Shown here in pieces: positions 40,171 through 54,420 of a stretch of 64,000 bases of DNA. Below the pieces are notes generated by a model. The model was not told where the DNA came from. It saw only the letters and a program-made list of their open reading frames with translations, and did no database searches. A program made the translations under genes and the position numbers. Position 1 is the first letter of the stretch. Every line of letters starts with the position of its first letter. This stretch comes from Octopus sinensis (taxonomy: Eukaryota). The stretch is taken from assembly GCF_006345805.1 (NCBI RefSeq), contig NC_043006.1, positions 50,406,001-50,470,000 of the forward strand, in the 5' to 3' direction.

Positions 40171-40940
40171 TCAATAACACTTTTGTTCCTGTTTCTTAGT
40201 TATGAGTTCTACAAAACATGGAGCAATATTGCTGATAGTAATATGCATGTCTGCCTGTGCATTCAAGTGATTTCTAGATTTTGTCCTGATTGACAAAAGA
40301 GTACTAAATACAGGCTCACATAAGTATGTCGTCGCAAATGGGATGAGTGCAGCTTGTGCATTTTCACAAAGTCTTGGAAACATATTCATAGCCGAACACC
40401 AATCAGGACAAAATTGCTTCGAAATTACATTTTCAGGACACAATTTTCACACAGTTCAATAAGATCCTCCTTCTGCTCTCCACCATGCAACATATTATCC
40501 AATTTGAAGGGGTATGGATTCATAATCCATTCTTCAGAAGTTTCCAGTTTTCTTGCTGCAAAATATCCATCAAACGTCTTTGACAACATTTCCAAACGAG
40601 CCACAATTTCTTCATACACACTAGGAATTATAGATTCATTATCACATTGACCGTTTCTTCAAGTAATGGAAAATTTGAAAAATTTTACTCGTCGACACCA
40701 AATAGCTAATTTTTCTTTGAAAACATTTAGCTTTTCACAGCATTTCAATATGTTTATGTTTTTTCCTTGAACAGATAGACTGATATATTTCATACGAGTG
40801 AAAATGTCTGTCAAATAAGCTCGCATTTGGTTGAATTCTTGTGATTCCAGTTCTCCAAGCAAATCATAGTTACATTCCTCCAGAAAAGCTTTGATTTCTT
40901 CTCGCAGTTAGAAAAAGCAAGTTAAAGCTCTCTCACGTGT
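40171..40940 (-). mobile_element. hAT (Buster/Charlie) transposase C-terminal remnant
   Basis: AYLTDIF..LSVQG..EKLNVFKEKL and LIPFATTYLCEPVFSTLLSIRTKSRNHL. Confidence 0.92.
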
Positions 40941-42763
40941 CTAAGTCTTAGAACAAAATACTCATAAATTCCAAAACTATTTGTCCTTTAAATTTCTGCA
41001 GAAATTAGAATTATCTACCGATAATGCTTTGAGTACTTTATTCTAATTGGTTATTTCAGTTCTAGCGAGAAAAGTCTAACAATATTTATCATTGAAACCG
41101 CTAGAGTATTGACGGATAGCTCCAATTTCAGTATTATAGTAATCTTTTATAGTGCTTTTTATTTCGTTTGCTTTATTTTAGTCCATTAATTATTAATCAT
41201 TTAGTCCATTAAATATTCGTTAGCCTGTATTTGATCTCAATTTCTAATGTTTCTTTATCATGATAGTAGTTTTTATAAATGTCCTTCATTGAAAATCTAC
41301 CTTTATGGATTTTTTTTTTAAATTGAGTTTAATATAATTTAATAGAAGTAATCTATTTGCTACGCAGAAGATTGTTATTACTATTTTTATAGACTTAGTG
41401 ACAGGAATAGTAGTATTAAACGAAATGACTTTGGTATACTTCCGTTTATTTCTATTTCTTCACATTAACGACAATTTCTAATGGTATGGGTATATTGATT
41501 ACTAATAGGTTAAAATTGAAGTATAAATTGTAATTTACAGTAATAATAATTATTCTTAGTGAAGGTTATTCAGTTTACTAGAACAGAATTGGATCTTTCT
41601 TGAATAGTTAAGTTTCATGTAAGAAATGAAATCAATATCCAATGTGTTTATAGCAGTCCGGTGTCTACCATCCTGCGCAGATGTAGGTACTCAGCATTAA
41701 TATGATATTTCATAATTTTGTTGTATATATGGCATATGTATAATATCAAAGAATTTAAGACGTAAGTCAATTTGAAAACAGTTTTATTAAATTTGAAACT
41801 GCTATTGCACATCATCTATTACCTTTTATTATTGATGCCAATCAACCCAATTCAATGTACCGTTTTTCTTAAACAAAAACAATCTCATAATACCCAACTA
41901 ACTAAATTTACTTTAAACTTCAGCTGTTGTCCAGTCATCTTTCTCACTACTCCTTCACATATCCACACTAATTCTTCTTACAAAAACACTTGCAAATGCT
42001 TCTTGTACCACACCAAAACTACGGCCAGTGATACAACTTATCATTAATATCACAAACAAACAATAATTCATTGATGCTTTCCGTCAAAAGGCACCAGAAT
42101 GATCTGCCGATAAGAACACTTTCCTCCAAACCCTGGGATTTTATTTTTCTTTCTTAAATTTGATAAAGGGAATCTCTCCCGGAATATTATAGAAACAGTA
42201 AACAAGCTATGTAAGATAATGCAATATCTTCTCTTTGTTTTTATTTATTGACATTACCTAACATATTTTGCCTAACTTCTGAACTGCATCGCTAGATTTA
42301 CATCAAGTGTATACGTACATATATACATACACACACACGTACATACAGCTGAGGCTCGTCTTATCTAATGTTGATTGTTTATATTGCAGCCGCATATTCT
42401 GTTGAACTACATCTATCAATATTATGAGGGATCTCCGAGCCCCCAGAAAAAAGCTTCTGGACTTATAACACCTTTTTACCACCCCTTTGATTTTGCCTGT
42501 CGTTTGTACTGTCTAAATCGGATCTATTAATATAAATATATATCGCCTTTGTCATTGATTCTGTTATTATCATTTTTAAAATAGTTACATTGGATAATAA
42601 TAGAATTAATGACACCTTTGTAAATTAATTTTTGTTGAATTATTTTTCTCGTAAATTGTATCGAGATTATTTTACACTGGTGGCTGTTATGATTTCGGCG
42701 CGAAACGAATCAGTTGCAGCACAGACTTCGAAGTGATAGGTTGGGAGTCTCTAATCATGGTAA

Positions 42764-42818
42764 CACGTGCTGAAGAAGCTAAGGTTTTATTTTACCAATG
42801 CAGAAACCGGTCCGCGTG
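42764..42818 (+). ncRNA. Type I hammerhead ribozyme (family F)
   Basis: CACGTG-CTGAAGA-A-GC..GGT..ACC..GC-A-GAAA-CCGG-TC-CGCGTG; palindromic ACCGGT, GUC site. Confidence 0.8.
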
Positions 42819-43064
42819 AGTCCAAATACTTAAATGTAAGTTAGTAGATGTTCTTAACCTGATTTTGCCTTCGTTTGACTTCTGTAATTTTCATCAGTGT
42901 ATTTTTTGGCGATTTGATAAGAGTTTTGACTGTTATTTCTAGCAGGTGGACATACTTAGTATGTCCTTTGATTAATTATATATATATATATATGTAAAGT
43001 AGAGGATTTCAGACAATATATATTTAAGTACAAATATATATATATATATATATATTTGTACTTA

Positions 43065-43161
43065 AATATGTATGTATGTATATATGTATGTATGTATGGC
43101 TGGCTGGCTGGCTGGATGGATGTATATATATACATACATACATACATACATACATATTTAT

Positions 43162-43212
<51 letters not shown>

Positions 43213-43550
43213 ATATATATATATATATTATATATATATATATGTTGTATTTAATACCCAAACTGTTATTTGGTATATTTAATTTGTTTCTTCACATAAT
43301 GCCGCCACATGTATATTTATATATATGCATGTATGTAGGTATGTATGTATATATGTATGTATGTATGTAGGTAGGTAGGTATGTACGTACGTACGTAGAT
43401 AGATAGGTAGGTACTTAGTTAGTTAACTAGTTAGTTAGTTAGCTAGTAAGGTAGGTAGGTAGGTATGTAGGTAGGTAGGTAGGTAGGTAGGTAGGTAGGT
43501 AGGTAGGTAGGTAGGTAGGTATGCATGCATGCATGCATGTACGTATGTCT
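43065..43550. repeat. Compound (TATG)/(TA)/(TAGG) microsatellite region
   Basis: Direct reading. Confidence 0.9.
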
Positions 43551-44160
43551 CAGGAGAGAGTGAGAGAATGGAAAGAGGAATGCTGATAGAATTTTCTATG
43601 AAGCCCAAGGGTATGTACTTCTAAGTGTCCCAAGCTCTAACATTTTCGATCTCTAAAAGTGTCTTATTGACGTTTCCATGTCTATACCTGTTCAATTATT
43701 TGTATTATTCAGCATTGAAATCTTTCTTGGCCTTCCATGAAATACACATAAATATACAAAGAGACACTGGACCTATCGAGACGTTGATGCGTGCATGAGT
43801 GATTCTATCAGGTTATCTCACACCGCGCTAAAATACACGACATTTTGAATTCATAACTTAGCGACGATGCACTCCAGATAAAACGTCTTACTTGCAATAT
43901 GAATTGTTAAAACACATCGATGTATTAAAACAGATACATTTACAATCACTATATCACTTTATTACTCTATAGCATTAATATTCAAGCATGAATATTCTTT
44001 TCGTCTTGTTATAAGTTTTCGACTCCTATATTTTCATTCGCACTTTAGAGTCAAATGTACTTTCTGTAATAAGATCAGACTAGAGAGAAGCAAGTAGCTC
44101 CCATAAAGCATTTAATGAACAGCTATCTCATCCACATTAATCATACAAACATACATACTT

Positions 44161-44191
<31 letters not shown>

Positions 44192-44279
44192 TACATATAT
44201 ATATATATGTGTGTATGTGTGCATTTTTGTATTTATGCGTATATGTGTGCATGTGTATGTTATACCTGTATGTGAGTGT

Positions 44280-44335
<56 letters not shown>

Positions 44336-44462
44336 TCTGTGTGTGTGTACATACTTATATGTATATATATATATATATATGCATTTATGCATACAAAGAG
44401 ATAAGTATATACATGTGTCTATGTATGCATGTCTCTGTATGAATGTATGTACATATATTTGC

Positions 44463-44494
<32 letters not shown>

Positions 44495-46733
44495 TATATA
44501 TATTATATATATATATATATATTATATATATATACTTATATATATATGCATATATATACGCATCTATATATGGACATACATATATTTCATAAATATACGC
44601 CACACACGCACATATATACATATACGCACACATACACACACTCATGGCAAAGCTATTATTTATAGAGATGAAAAATAAGTAAGTCAAGTTTGGAGAAAAG
44701 ATAATGATTATTAGAGACAAAAAAAGAAAAACACTAAACATTAAAAAAAATGAAGAAGTACAATGGTAGCTTTCAACGAAAAATGATTTATAATTTCATT
44801 CGCGGAATTAACTGAAATGACAGTAGATTTCGCACAAACGGAAATGGCGAAATCATCTAAAGAAAGGGACGGCAAATCAAACTAGAATAGAACCTAACTA
44901 TAGACTTGTATAGAAATATTCCTGATTGAATTGTCATTGATTGATTTATTCGACGTAAAGATTTATTCATTTGGCTTTAAAATGGCAGATACAATATTGG
45001 TTTTATTTCACTCCTAATCTTTTCTTTATACTTTGTAAAGAGACCACCCAAGTCCCAAACCGCTACACTTTGTTATAAACCTATTGATAAGCGACGCATT
45101 GCAGTGGAAAGTTTATTGCTTGTTGAAATGGATGAGCTATAAGTGAATCCATAAATCTAGCCTTCTATATTAATAACCGTTTCTAAGTTAGGAACAAGGC
45201 CAAACATTTTCAAGGAAAGTACTGCCGACTCCTGCACTTGTTGAGTTACGGTCAGGTCTCGCAAGTATTTATACTCAGAAAGTAAATACAACAAAGCATT
45301 TTGTTCGAGCGTTTAATGATTCTATCAATACATGACTTTTCAAAATAATAATTTCTTTTAACACAGCGCAAGGCCTAAATGTTAGTGGAGTAGTATTGTC
45401 GTTTATATTAACCTCGATATTTTACTAGTATTAAACTTTACTGACCACTGCAATGATAAAATCAAAGCTGACCTTAAAGTGAATTTAACTCATGTATGAA
45501 TGCGTATGCATATACATACATACATACATACATACATACATACATACATACATACATACATACATACATAATACATACATACATACATACTTCTTTTAAT
45601 CCAGAACATTTTCTGTACTAGCGCTTGAAGATTGATTGAAAGAACCTGAAGGAAAAATGCAGGATTACTCAGTTAAGCTTTATTTCTTTCATCAGATTTT
45701 GTCCCTCAGCCAAATCTTTTTTTTCTATCTCCGAGAAACAATTTTCAGCTCTATGTGTATAAAGAAAGGATATTTCTTGAAATGGAAATGTTAATGAAAA
45801 TCTCTATTCTTCGTACAATAGTATATAATCACCACCTAATTGCATGCTTGAGTTAATTTTCGTTATTGAAATCTTTTAGATCTATCAACAAGACATTAAA
45901 CTGATTAAAATCGTATTTTTAATACAACAGAAAGTTGAGAAAATCCTATTGAAATAAAATGCTCTTAATTATGCTAAATATCTTTAGCTTTACACCTTTA
46001 ATTTTCAGTTATATACTTATTTTAACACCTACACATACTTACTGAACACATTCTCAAAAATGCTTACAGAGTTTGAACCAAGTGAGACACACCATTGATA
46101 AACGACAGAATGAATTCGAATTACACATTAGAAGCAGCTCTGTTACATAAACATCTCATACAGAGCCATTCTGCAGCGATTTTGTTTGACTTAGCTCTGA
46201 AGTATATTGTATTTCTTATCACTATATACCTACAAAGGGATTTTTTTCCCGGACGAAAAACCGCCGCTTTTAGAGATTAAACAACACACATAAGTTAAGT
46301 ATGTGGGACTGATAATATTCACATCATACAACCGATTCTATACCATAATTCGAATTTATTCTGATGATGCGGCGCAATTGCAAATCCACGGATAGTTTAT
46401 ACACTATCTGTATATTCTTCAAATTAGTGATTTCCATTTCATATCAAAAGTGACACGAGCTTGCTACATTGACAAAGTGCAGTTATGGCGAAATACGGTT
46501 TCTGTTGTATACGTGATCACTTTTGGGGAAATCTTGTTTCGTCTAGCTCTGAGTAGTATTATACTTTTCAATACTATATTCTTTAAAGGAATTATTTCGA
46601 TGATACATCGCAGCTTCTGGCGTTTAAACAACATACATATGTTAAGTATATTTTTATATATTATAGCTGCGTGTGTGCGTGCGTGCGCACGTACGAGTGT
46701 GTGTCTTTGGTTGTTTATGAGGGTTCTCATATA

Positions 46734-46764
<31 letters not shown>

Positions 46765-47703
46765 AGTGTGTGTGTGCGTGTGCGTGCATGTGTATGTGTA
46801 TATATGCTTTAAGACCCGAAACATGCAGTGAACCCAGGATACAACAAACACAATATATCCGAGTTTTGCTTCAGTAAATGAATGTTGAAATTTAGTGGAA
46901 CGTATGTGATCATAAAACAGAGCACAATCTGTATCACATCTATCTCTATAAGTCATAGATAGAATATATTGGTGAAATATATGAACGTAAAACCACATCA
47001 TCGACATCACGAAAGCATGAACTAGCAAACATCGTTATACACAAATTTCATTGTAAACATGAAAATCGAAACTATTGTTTAGACTGTTACATCATACACA
47101 CAAGTATGATTCTTTCTCTTTGGTTGACAAGCATTTACAATAAGCAGTTATAGAAGCTTAGCATAATACTATACACGGATTAAAATTAGATAAAAAAAAA
47201 AAACTTTTAAAAGCAATATAAATTTGTACAGATTTTCATAACATACGAGCGAGAAAATAACTGTAGAAGCCTTATCAAAAGCAAACTACTCACTAAAATT
47301 TAACATATTCTTGCATTACAAGTAAAATAAATAATGATAACCGTTGTATAATTTTAAATCCAGCGTTGACAATCTTATAACTTATAAAAGTATTTCCATG
47401 ATCTTTAGCGACCTACAACAAAATGAGCGAACAAGTTATTAATATCGCTTCATTCTTGATATAAGCAAGAAAGATTTGAAACGTCAATGGACTAATGGAT
47501 GTTAGAGACGAAATTGTTCTAAACTAAATATTAAGAAAACAGAAAAATCAGGAAGGTAGTAGATCGATTAAAATCGAACATAGTTATGTTTTTCTTTTTC
47601 TTATAAGCCTACGAAGTGAACATGCAAACATGTCAAATTCTACCTTTTCTCCATAGAACAGAAAAACAAAATCTGATGAGACTTAATCGATTTTCGACCT
47701 TTG

Positions 47704-47923
47704 TTGGTTTATTGTCAGCGATGTCTACATCACTTGATCAATCCCCGAGAAAAAGGAAACCATTTGAAAACGTTGCTATATATATATATATACGTGTGTG
47801 TGTGTATGAGTGTGCATATGCTTAAGTATGTATATATATGTATGTGTGTAGCAACGTTTTCAAATGGTTTCCTTTTTCTCGGGGATTGATCAAGTGATGT
47901 AGACATCGCTGACAATAAACCAA
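47704..47923. repeat. ~75 bp inverted repeat (47704-47778 / 47849-47923) around a microsatellite spacer
   Basis: Direct reverse-complement match. Confidence 0.92.
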
Positions 47924-47931
47924 TATATATA

Positions 47932-47983
<52 letters not shown>

Positions 47984-47984
47984 A

Positions 47985-48631
47985 TCAATATAAGGGTAGC
48001 AAAAATTCAATAGAAATTATTTTCGCCTCCAGCGGTCCAGTGAGAAAGAGAAAATAGTCACAGACTATATATATATAATTTCAACAATATTAAGGAATGG
48101 CCCTGATAGGCCATTCGACTCACTGGAAAGAGCAGCCAAACTCAAACCGCTAAATAGTAGTAATTCAGAAATCAAAGAAAAATTAAAAAACATTTACCCT
48201 AATCATCTTTGGACAATGCATTGTTTCGACGTACTTTTTGGCAAACCAGCCCAATTAAATCAAATTAAATTTAATCAAGTCAATTTACCAATGGCTCGTC
48301 TCATCGGCAAAGAAGCCAGGAGGGATAAATATTCCACGAGGCAGCAGCATCGATGCCTCGGGAATATATACTCTAAATTTTCAAAATCTACCGTAATCGC
48401 GCCAACTTATCAGCAGCAAATATAAACTGCTGATTTAATTTCAGAATTAGTCAAAAAATCATTAAATTCAATAGAAATTATTTTCGCCTCCAGCGGTCCA
48501 GTGAGAAAGAGAAAATAGTCACAGACTATATATATATATAATTTCAACAATATTAAGGAATGGCCCTAATAGGCCATTCGACTCACTAGAAAGAGCAGCC
48601 AAACTCAAACCGCTAAATAGTAGTAATTCAG
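47985..48631 (-). mobile_element. Hammerhead element, family G, with ~165 bp direct terminal repeats (period ~461 bp)
   Basis: 48004-48167 repeats at 48465-48631; hammerhead between them; abuts (TA)n. Confidence 0.85.
48206..48313 (-). ncRNA. Type I hammerhead ribozyme (U4C core, long stem II insert)
   Basis: TCTTTG-CCGATGA-GACG..65 nt..CGTC-GAAA-CAATGCATTG-TC-CAAAGA; 12 nt palindromic stem III, GUC site. Confidence 0.85.
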
Positions 48632-48635
48632 TAAT

Positions 48636-48685
48636 CGTGAGTAGATTTGGTAGACGGAAACTGAAAGAAGTCCATCGTATATATG

Positions 48686-48716
<31 letters not shown>

Positions 48717-48915
48717 ATGTTGTGTATCTGTGTCCCCCAACATCGCTTGACAACCGGTGCTGGTGCATTTACGTCTCCGTAACTTAGCAGTTCGGCAAAA
48801 GAGAACGATAGAATAAGTACTAGGCTTACAATGAGTAAGTCCTGGGGTCGATTTGCTCGACTAAAGGCGGTGCCCCAGCATGGCCACAGTCAAATGACTG
48901 AAACAAGTAAAAGAG
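48636..48915 (+). mobile_element. SINE S1 3' two-thirds with CR1-like tail
   Basis: S1 body plus GGCGGTGCCCCAGCATGGCCACAGTCAAATGACTGAAAC. Confidence 0.88.
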
Positions 48916-49154
48916 TAGAAGAGTATATTTGTCAACCACAGGCTATGCAGGATATTTGGTGCCAGGTGAAGTGAAAACGAACTGGAAACCATATTGCTGC
49001 TAAGTACACTTCTTAACCACACAGAGCTACCACAACCATTGCTATGAAAGAAATGCAAACTCTGAAAATATCAGTTAACAAACAGGTATCATCATTTTTA
49101 ATCTGGAAAATCCTGTGAGTGATTGAAGTATTATTTACAGATGAATGCAATGTG

Positions 49155-49185
<31 letters not shown>

Positions 49186-49673
49186 GCATGCATATACATA
49201 CAAACACATGCACACATATATTATGTGTGTATGTGTGCGTGTGTGTGTAAGTTTAAAATTAACCTTTTTCTTTGAGTGCATATTTAAGATATTTCTATTT
49301 ACACGGAATACTGAGTTTGATTAAGGAGCATTTATAACAAAGCACGAAACCACTGATGCAGGGAAAATTATTTTTGCAATTTTAGCTAATTTAAATGTAT
49401 GCTTCATAAAGACAGCCATATTGAAATGATTTCAGCCAAAGGCCTGCTGATTTCGTTATGATTAAGTATTGTTATACACACTCTTTTAAGTCTTTTTTTC
49501 CTCTGCTCTTCTCTAACAATTACAGCAATTATGGAGATGAGTCTAAAGCATTTATATTATCGTATTTTCAACACAGAACTGTTTTTGAGAATAAGCTGAA
49601 CGAATAGGAGAATGACCAGATAATACGATAGATATCTAAAACACACCAAACGCATTTGCTCAAAGGTTTACAT

Positions 49674-50001
49674 CAGGGGTTCTCAATCATTTTTTTTCTT
49701 ATCTATGGACCCTTTTGGCTAATATTTTATTTTGATGCACCCCCATAGCTATTCAATGTTTGAAAATTAGTTTTATAGATGCTTCTGTCAAAATATATCA
49801 ACTTGGTTGAATTATGGAAAATGTTACAGAAAGAAACTGAGCTGTTTCTTGCAATACACAGCAATACATAGATCTAAAGCAAAAGTTTTTCACGGACTCT
49901 TAAAATACTATTGTGATTCCCAATTTACTATTTTGTTGTGGACCTTCAAAAATCTTATAGGGACCCTCAAGAGCCATATGGACCCCAATTGAAAGCCATT
50001 G
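49674..50001. mobile_element. hAT-type MITE
   Basis: Imperfect TIRs CAGGGGTTCTCAA ... TTGAAAGCCATTG; 8 bp flanks GTTTACAT / TTTTAAAT. Confidence 0.6.
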
Positions 50002-51019
50002 TTTTAAATAATGGAAATTAAGACACGTCTTAAAGACACAAAAACTATCAGCATATTTGTTTTTGTTTTACGTCGTTGCAGTCTCTATCACTGTTAATGA
50101 GTAAATTTTTGATAGCGTTGCTGTTTTAACGTCCGAAAATCCGATTTCATCTTGAGTTGCCTAAATGTTTGTTAAACAGTAAATACATTGTTGTCTGGTG
50201 ATTTGCTTTATGCAGAGTCGGAAATACATTTTGCTTTCATTTGGAGGTTTTATTTCCTGGTCGCAGGTTCTTCCTTACAAGTTTCACCAGAGAATGCATT
50301 TTCATGTATCTTTTTCACCAGATACCTGAGTAATAATTAGGTCGTTGATACAGATATTGCTAGGCTAGAAGTCTTACCACGTTTTACAATCAGTAAGAGA
50401 ATCCATCGTAGCTAATCTCCATCCTTATATACTTTGAGCTTATAGCAAGATCTTCATACAATTTATAGTATTGTACATCTTCAGACAGCAAGGTTTGTGA
50501 TAGACAGCTGTTTCAGCTCTTCTATAAATAATTACACACCCTTCAGATTTGTTCATCAGGAGGAAGGGGTTTAATTAAAGCATAAACTACGACTCATTTT
50601 TTATACTTTTAGAAGAGACTCTTCTACAAATACACTCCGGCGATACTTTACCGCATCAGTGACCAAACAATTACTTCGTACATTTAACTTTAGGCTGGTG
50701 TTGCCCGTATTATGAAAAGCCCTAATTATGGATTCTAGAACTTTAGCAACTCAAAGACACTTCAAAAATTTACGAGTGGGGAAGAGAAACGAATGCTATC
50801 CTTAAACTAGCCGCACAGTATCCAAGATCCTCCTCAGCTGCTTTAGCTCTGCAGTGAGAATTTTGTTAATTAGAAGTTAATCCGCCCATTCTCAAACGTC
50901 TCTTTTCCCTGCCTTTCGTTCATTGTATAATGATATAAATATTATAGCAGTGATCGAGGAGAGGCTAATTTAGAAAGTCAGTTAGAAACACATTAAATAA
51001 TGGTATCTATTTAGTTTTT

Positions 51020-51763
51020 ATACAGGACAGTGCTACTGACGTTTATAGCCCCAGGAAATCATCTCCTCCAGCTGGCTAACGACACATATTCTGTGTCCGA
51101 TTAGTATTTGCAAGGGGAGGTCATCGCTCCTATTAGTTAATCGTCCTCAGCGTGTGCTAATCACAAGCTAGTAATGGAAACTTATATGCTTTTTCCAACA
51201 ACAAACTGTCGCTGATTTACAAAAATAAGAAATAACCTATATTAAATCTCTGAGCGAGATATAAACAGTAGCAGTAAGGAATCGTAACATATAATTGCCA
51301 ACCAAGTGTGGTGTTCTATACAGGAGAGTGTTACTGACGTTTATAGTCCCAGGAAGTCATCTCCTCCAGCTGGCTAACGACACACATTCTGTGTTCGATT
51401 AGTATTTGCGAGGGGAGGTCATCGCTCCCATTGTCACACACGGACTCGAGTTTCTGAGTGAGTGCTACTGACGTTTATAGCACATCTCCAGCTGGCTAAC
51501 GACACGCATTCTCCGTCCGATTAGTATTTGCAAGGGGAGATCATCACTCCCATCTCTAGCCTTACACACGGACTCAAGTTTCTGGGTGGTTACCCGTCCT
51601 CAGCGTGTGTTAATCACTGCTGCTGTTTATATAGTCCGTGTGTATCATGTAAGGCTAGAGATGGGAGTGAAGACCTCGCCTCGAAAATTCTAATCGAACG
51701 CAGAATGTGTGTCATTAGCCAGCTGGAGGAAATGCCTTCCTAGGGCTATAAACATCAGTAGCA
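51020..51763 (-). mobile_element. Hammerhead element, family H: three direct copies plus one inverted copy
   Basis: AGTGCTACTGACGTTTATAG unit at 51029, 51327 and 51461; reverse complement at ~51633-51763. Confidence 0.85.
51564..51610 (-). ncRNA. Type I minimal hammerhead ribozyme
   Basis: ACACACG-CTGAGGA-C-GGGTaaccACCC-A-GAAA-CTTGAG-TC-CGTGTGT; sister copy at ~51443 has the perfect palindrome ACTCGAGT. Confidence 0.88.
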
Positions 51764-51824
51764 TTGAGCTGCAGAGGACGCTACACTTGGTTGGCAATTA
51801 TATATTGCGATTATTATTTATATA

Positions 51825-52222
51825 TACGGCTGTGTCGTAAGAACCTTGCTTGCCAGTCACATGGCTCCGGGTTCAGTCTCACTACGTGGCATCTTGGGCT
51901 AGTGTCTTCTGCTATAGCTTCGGGCCGACCAAAGCCTTGTAAGTGGATTTAGTAAACAGAAACTGAAAGAAGCCCGTCGCATAAATATTTTGTGTGTGTG
52001 TGTATATCTTAGCTTGCTCCACCCCCACCATCACCTGACAACCGATGTTGGTATGTCTACGTACCCTTTTATCTTGCGATTCGGCAAAAAGAGACCGATA
52101 GAATAAGTACTAGGCTTACAAAGAATAAGTCCTGGGGTTGATTTCGTCGACGAAAAAACTTTTAAAGGCGGTGCTCCAGCCTGGCTGGTAACAAATGATG
52201 GAACAAATAAAGGAACAAAAGA
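51825..52222 (+). mobile_element. SINE S1, near full length
   Basis: Head, TG tract, body and CR1-like tail. Confidence 0.85.
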
Positions 52223-52424
52223 ATATATATATATATAGGCGCAGGAGTAGCTGCGTGGTAAGAAGCTTGCTTCCTAACCACGTGGTTCCGGTTTCAGTCC
52301 CACTACGTGGCACCTTGAGCAAGTGTCTTCTAAAATAGCTTCTGGCCGACCAAAGCCTTGTGCCTTGTGAGTGGATTTGGTAGACGGAAACTGAAAGAAG
52401 CCCGTTGTATATATATTTATATAA

Positions 52425-53294
<870 letters not shown>

Positions 53295-53527
53295 ATGTAT
53301 GTATGTATGCATGTATGTATAAATTTGTGTATCTGTGTTTGTCCCCTAACATTGATTGACAACCGATGTTGGTGTGTTTAAGTCTCTGTAACTTAGCGGT
53401 TCTGCAACAGAGTAGGATAGAATAAGTACTAGGTTTACAAAGAAGTCCTGGGGTCGATTTGTTCGACTAAAGGCGGTGCTTCAGTATGGCCGCATTCAAA
53501 TAGCGAAATAAATAAAAGAAAAAAAAA

Positions 53528-53591
<64 letters not shown>

Positions 53592-54211
53592 CGGGATACG
53601 TATTTGTTTATAAATATACAAACACGCCGATGAACTTTTTTCTCTTTCATATGCAGGTGTTAGTATTGTACGTATCGATGTACAATATGTTTAAGGAATT
53701 AGTCATCTCACATCTCAACTAAGAATAACAGCCATGGTAAAATTCATTGGTGTACTTAGCGGATACGCTGTAAGAATACGATGAGTGATCTATTGGCACA
53801 CAATGTCAAAGTCAATTGTTCATGAGGGGATATATTGGCTATGTTACATTAATTTCATATTCAAAGTGTGATTTCTTAATGTCCGGGAATTGATTTCTTA
53901 AGAATATTTAATACGGTTTTTGAACCTGCTAGAAACTTCAACCAAACATATAGTCAACAGTCTCAAAAGATATGTGGAACGCATAAGACATTGTAGTTTT
54001 AAATACAATGTTTCTGATGAAAAAAAAAATCGATGAATGCATAAAATTGGAAAGTTCTTTTATCATTTGTCTGTTCGATCAGGACTGGCCTCAGATCAAT
54101 CAATGACAATAATCATAAACATATTTTTATCTCCTGCGGGTCAGTATGCCAATAATAAACACACGCACTGGTTGTATTTCAATTTTTTGTTATTATTCGT
54201 TCGATTAATCA

Positions 54212-54420
54212 AGGCGGTGAACTAGCAGAATCGTTAGCACGGCGGGCAAAATGTTTAACGGCATTTCGTGCATCTTTACGTTCCGAGATCAAATTCCGCT
54301 GAGATTGATTTTCCTTTTCCTCCTTTCGGGGTCGATAAAATAAGTACCTGTTGAGTACTAGGATCGATATAATCGACTATCCCCCCACCTCAAATTTCAG
54401 GCCTTGTGCCTATAGTAGAA
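54212..54420 (+). mobile_element. SINE S2 copy
   Basis: Head and conserved central motif. Confidence 0.85.

Noticed and set aside
41000-41760. AT-rich tract resembling a mitochondrial insertion
   Set aside because: No recognisable mitochondrial protein, rRNA or tRNA motif.
50495-50562. Minus-strand CTGATGA...GAAACAGCTGTC hammerhead candidate
   Set aside because: Palindromic stem III is present but stems I and II do not pair.
51029-51130. HDV-like ribozyme in the family H unit, or in the Dong 5' UTR (60394-60447)
   Set aside because: I could not build the nested double pseudoknot.
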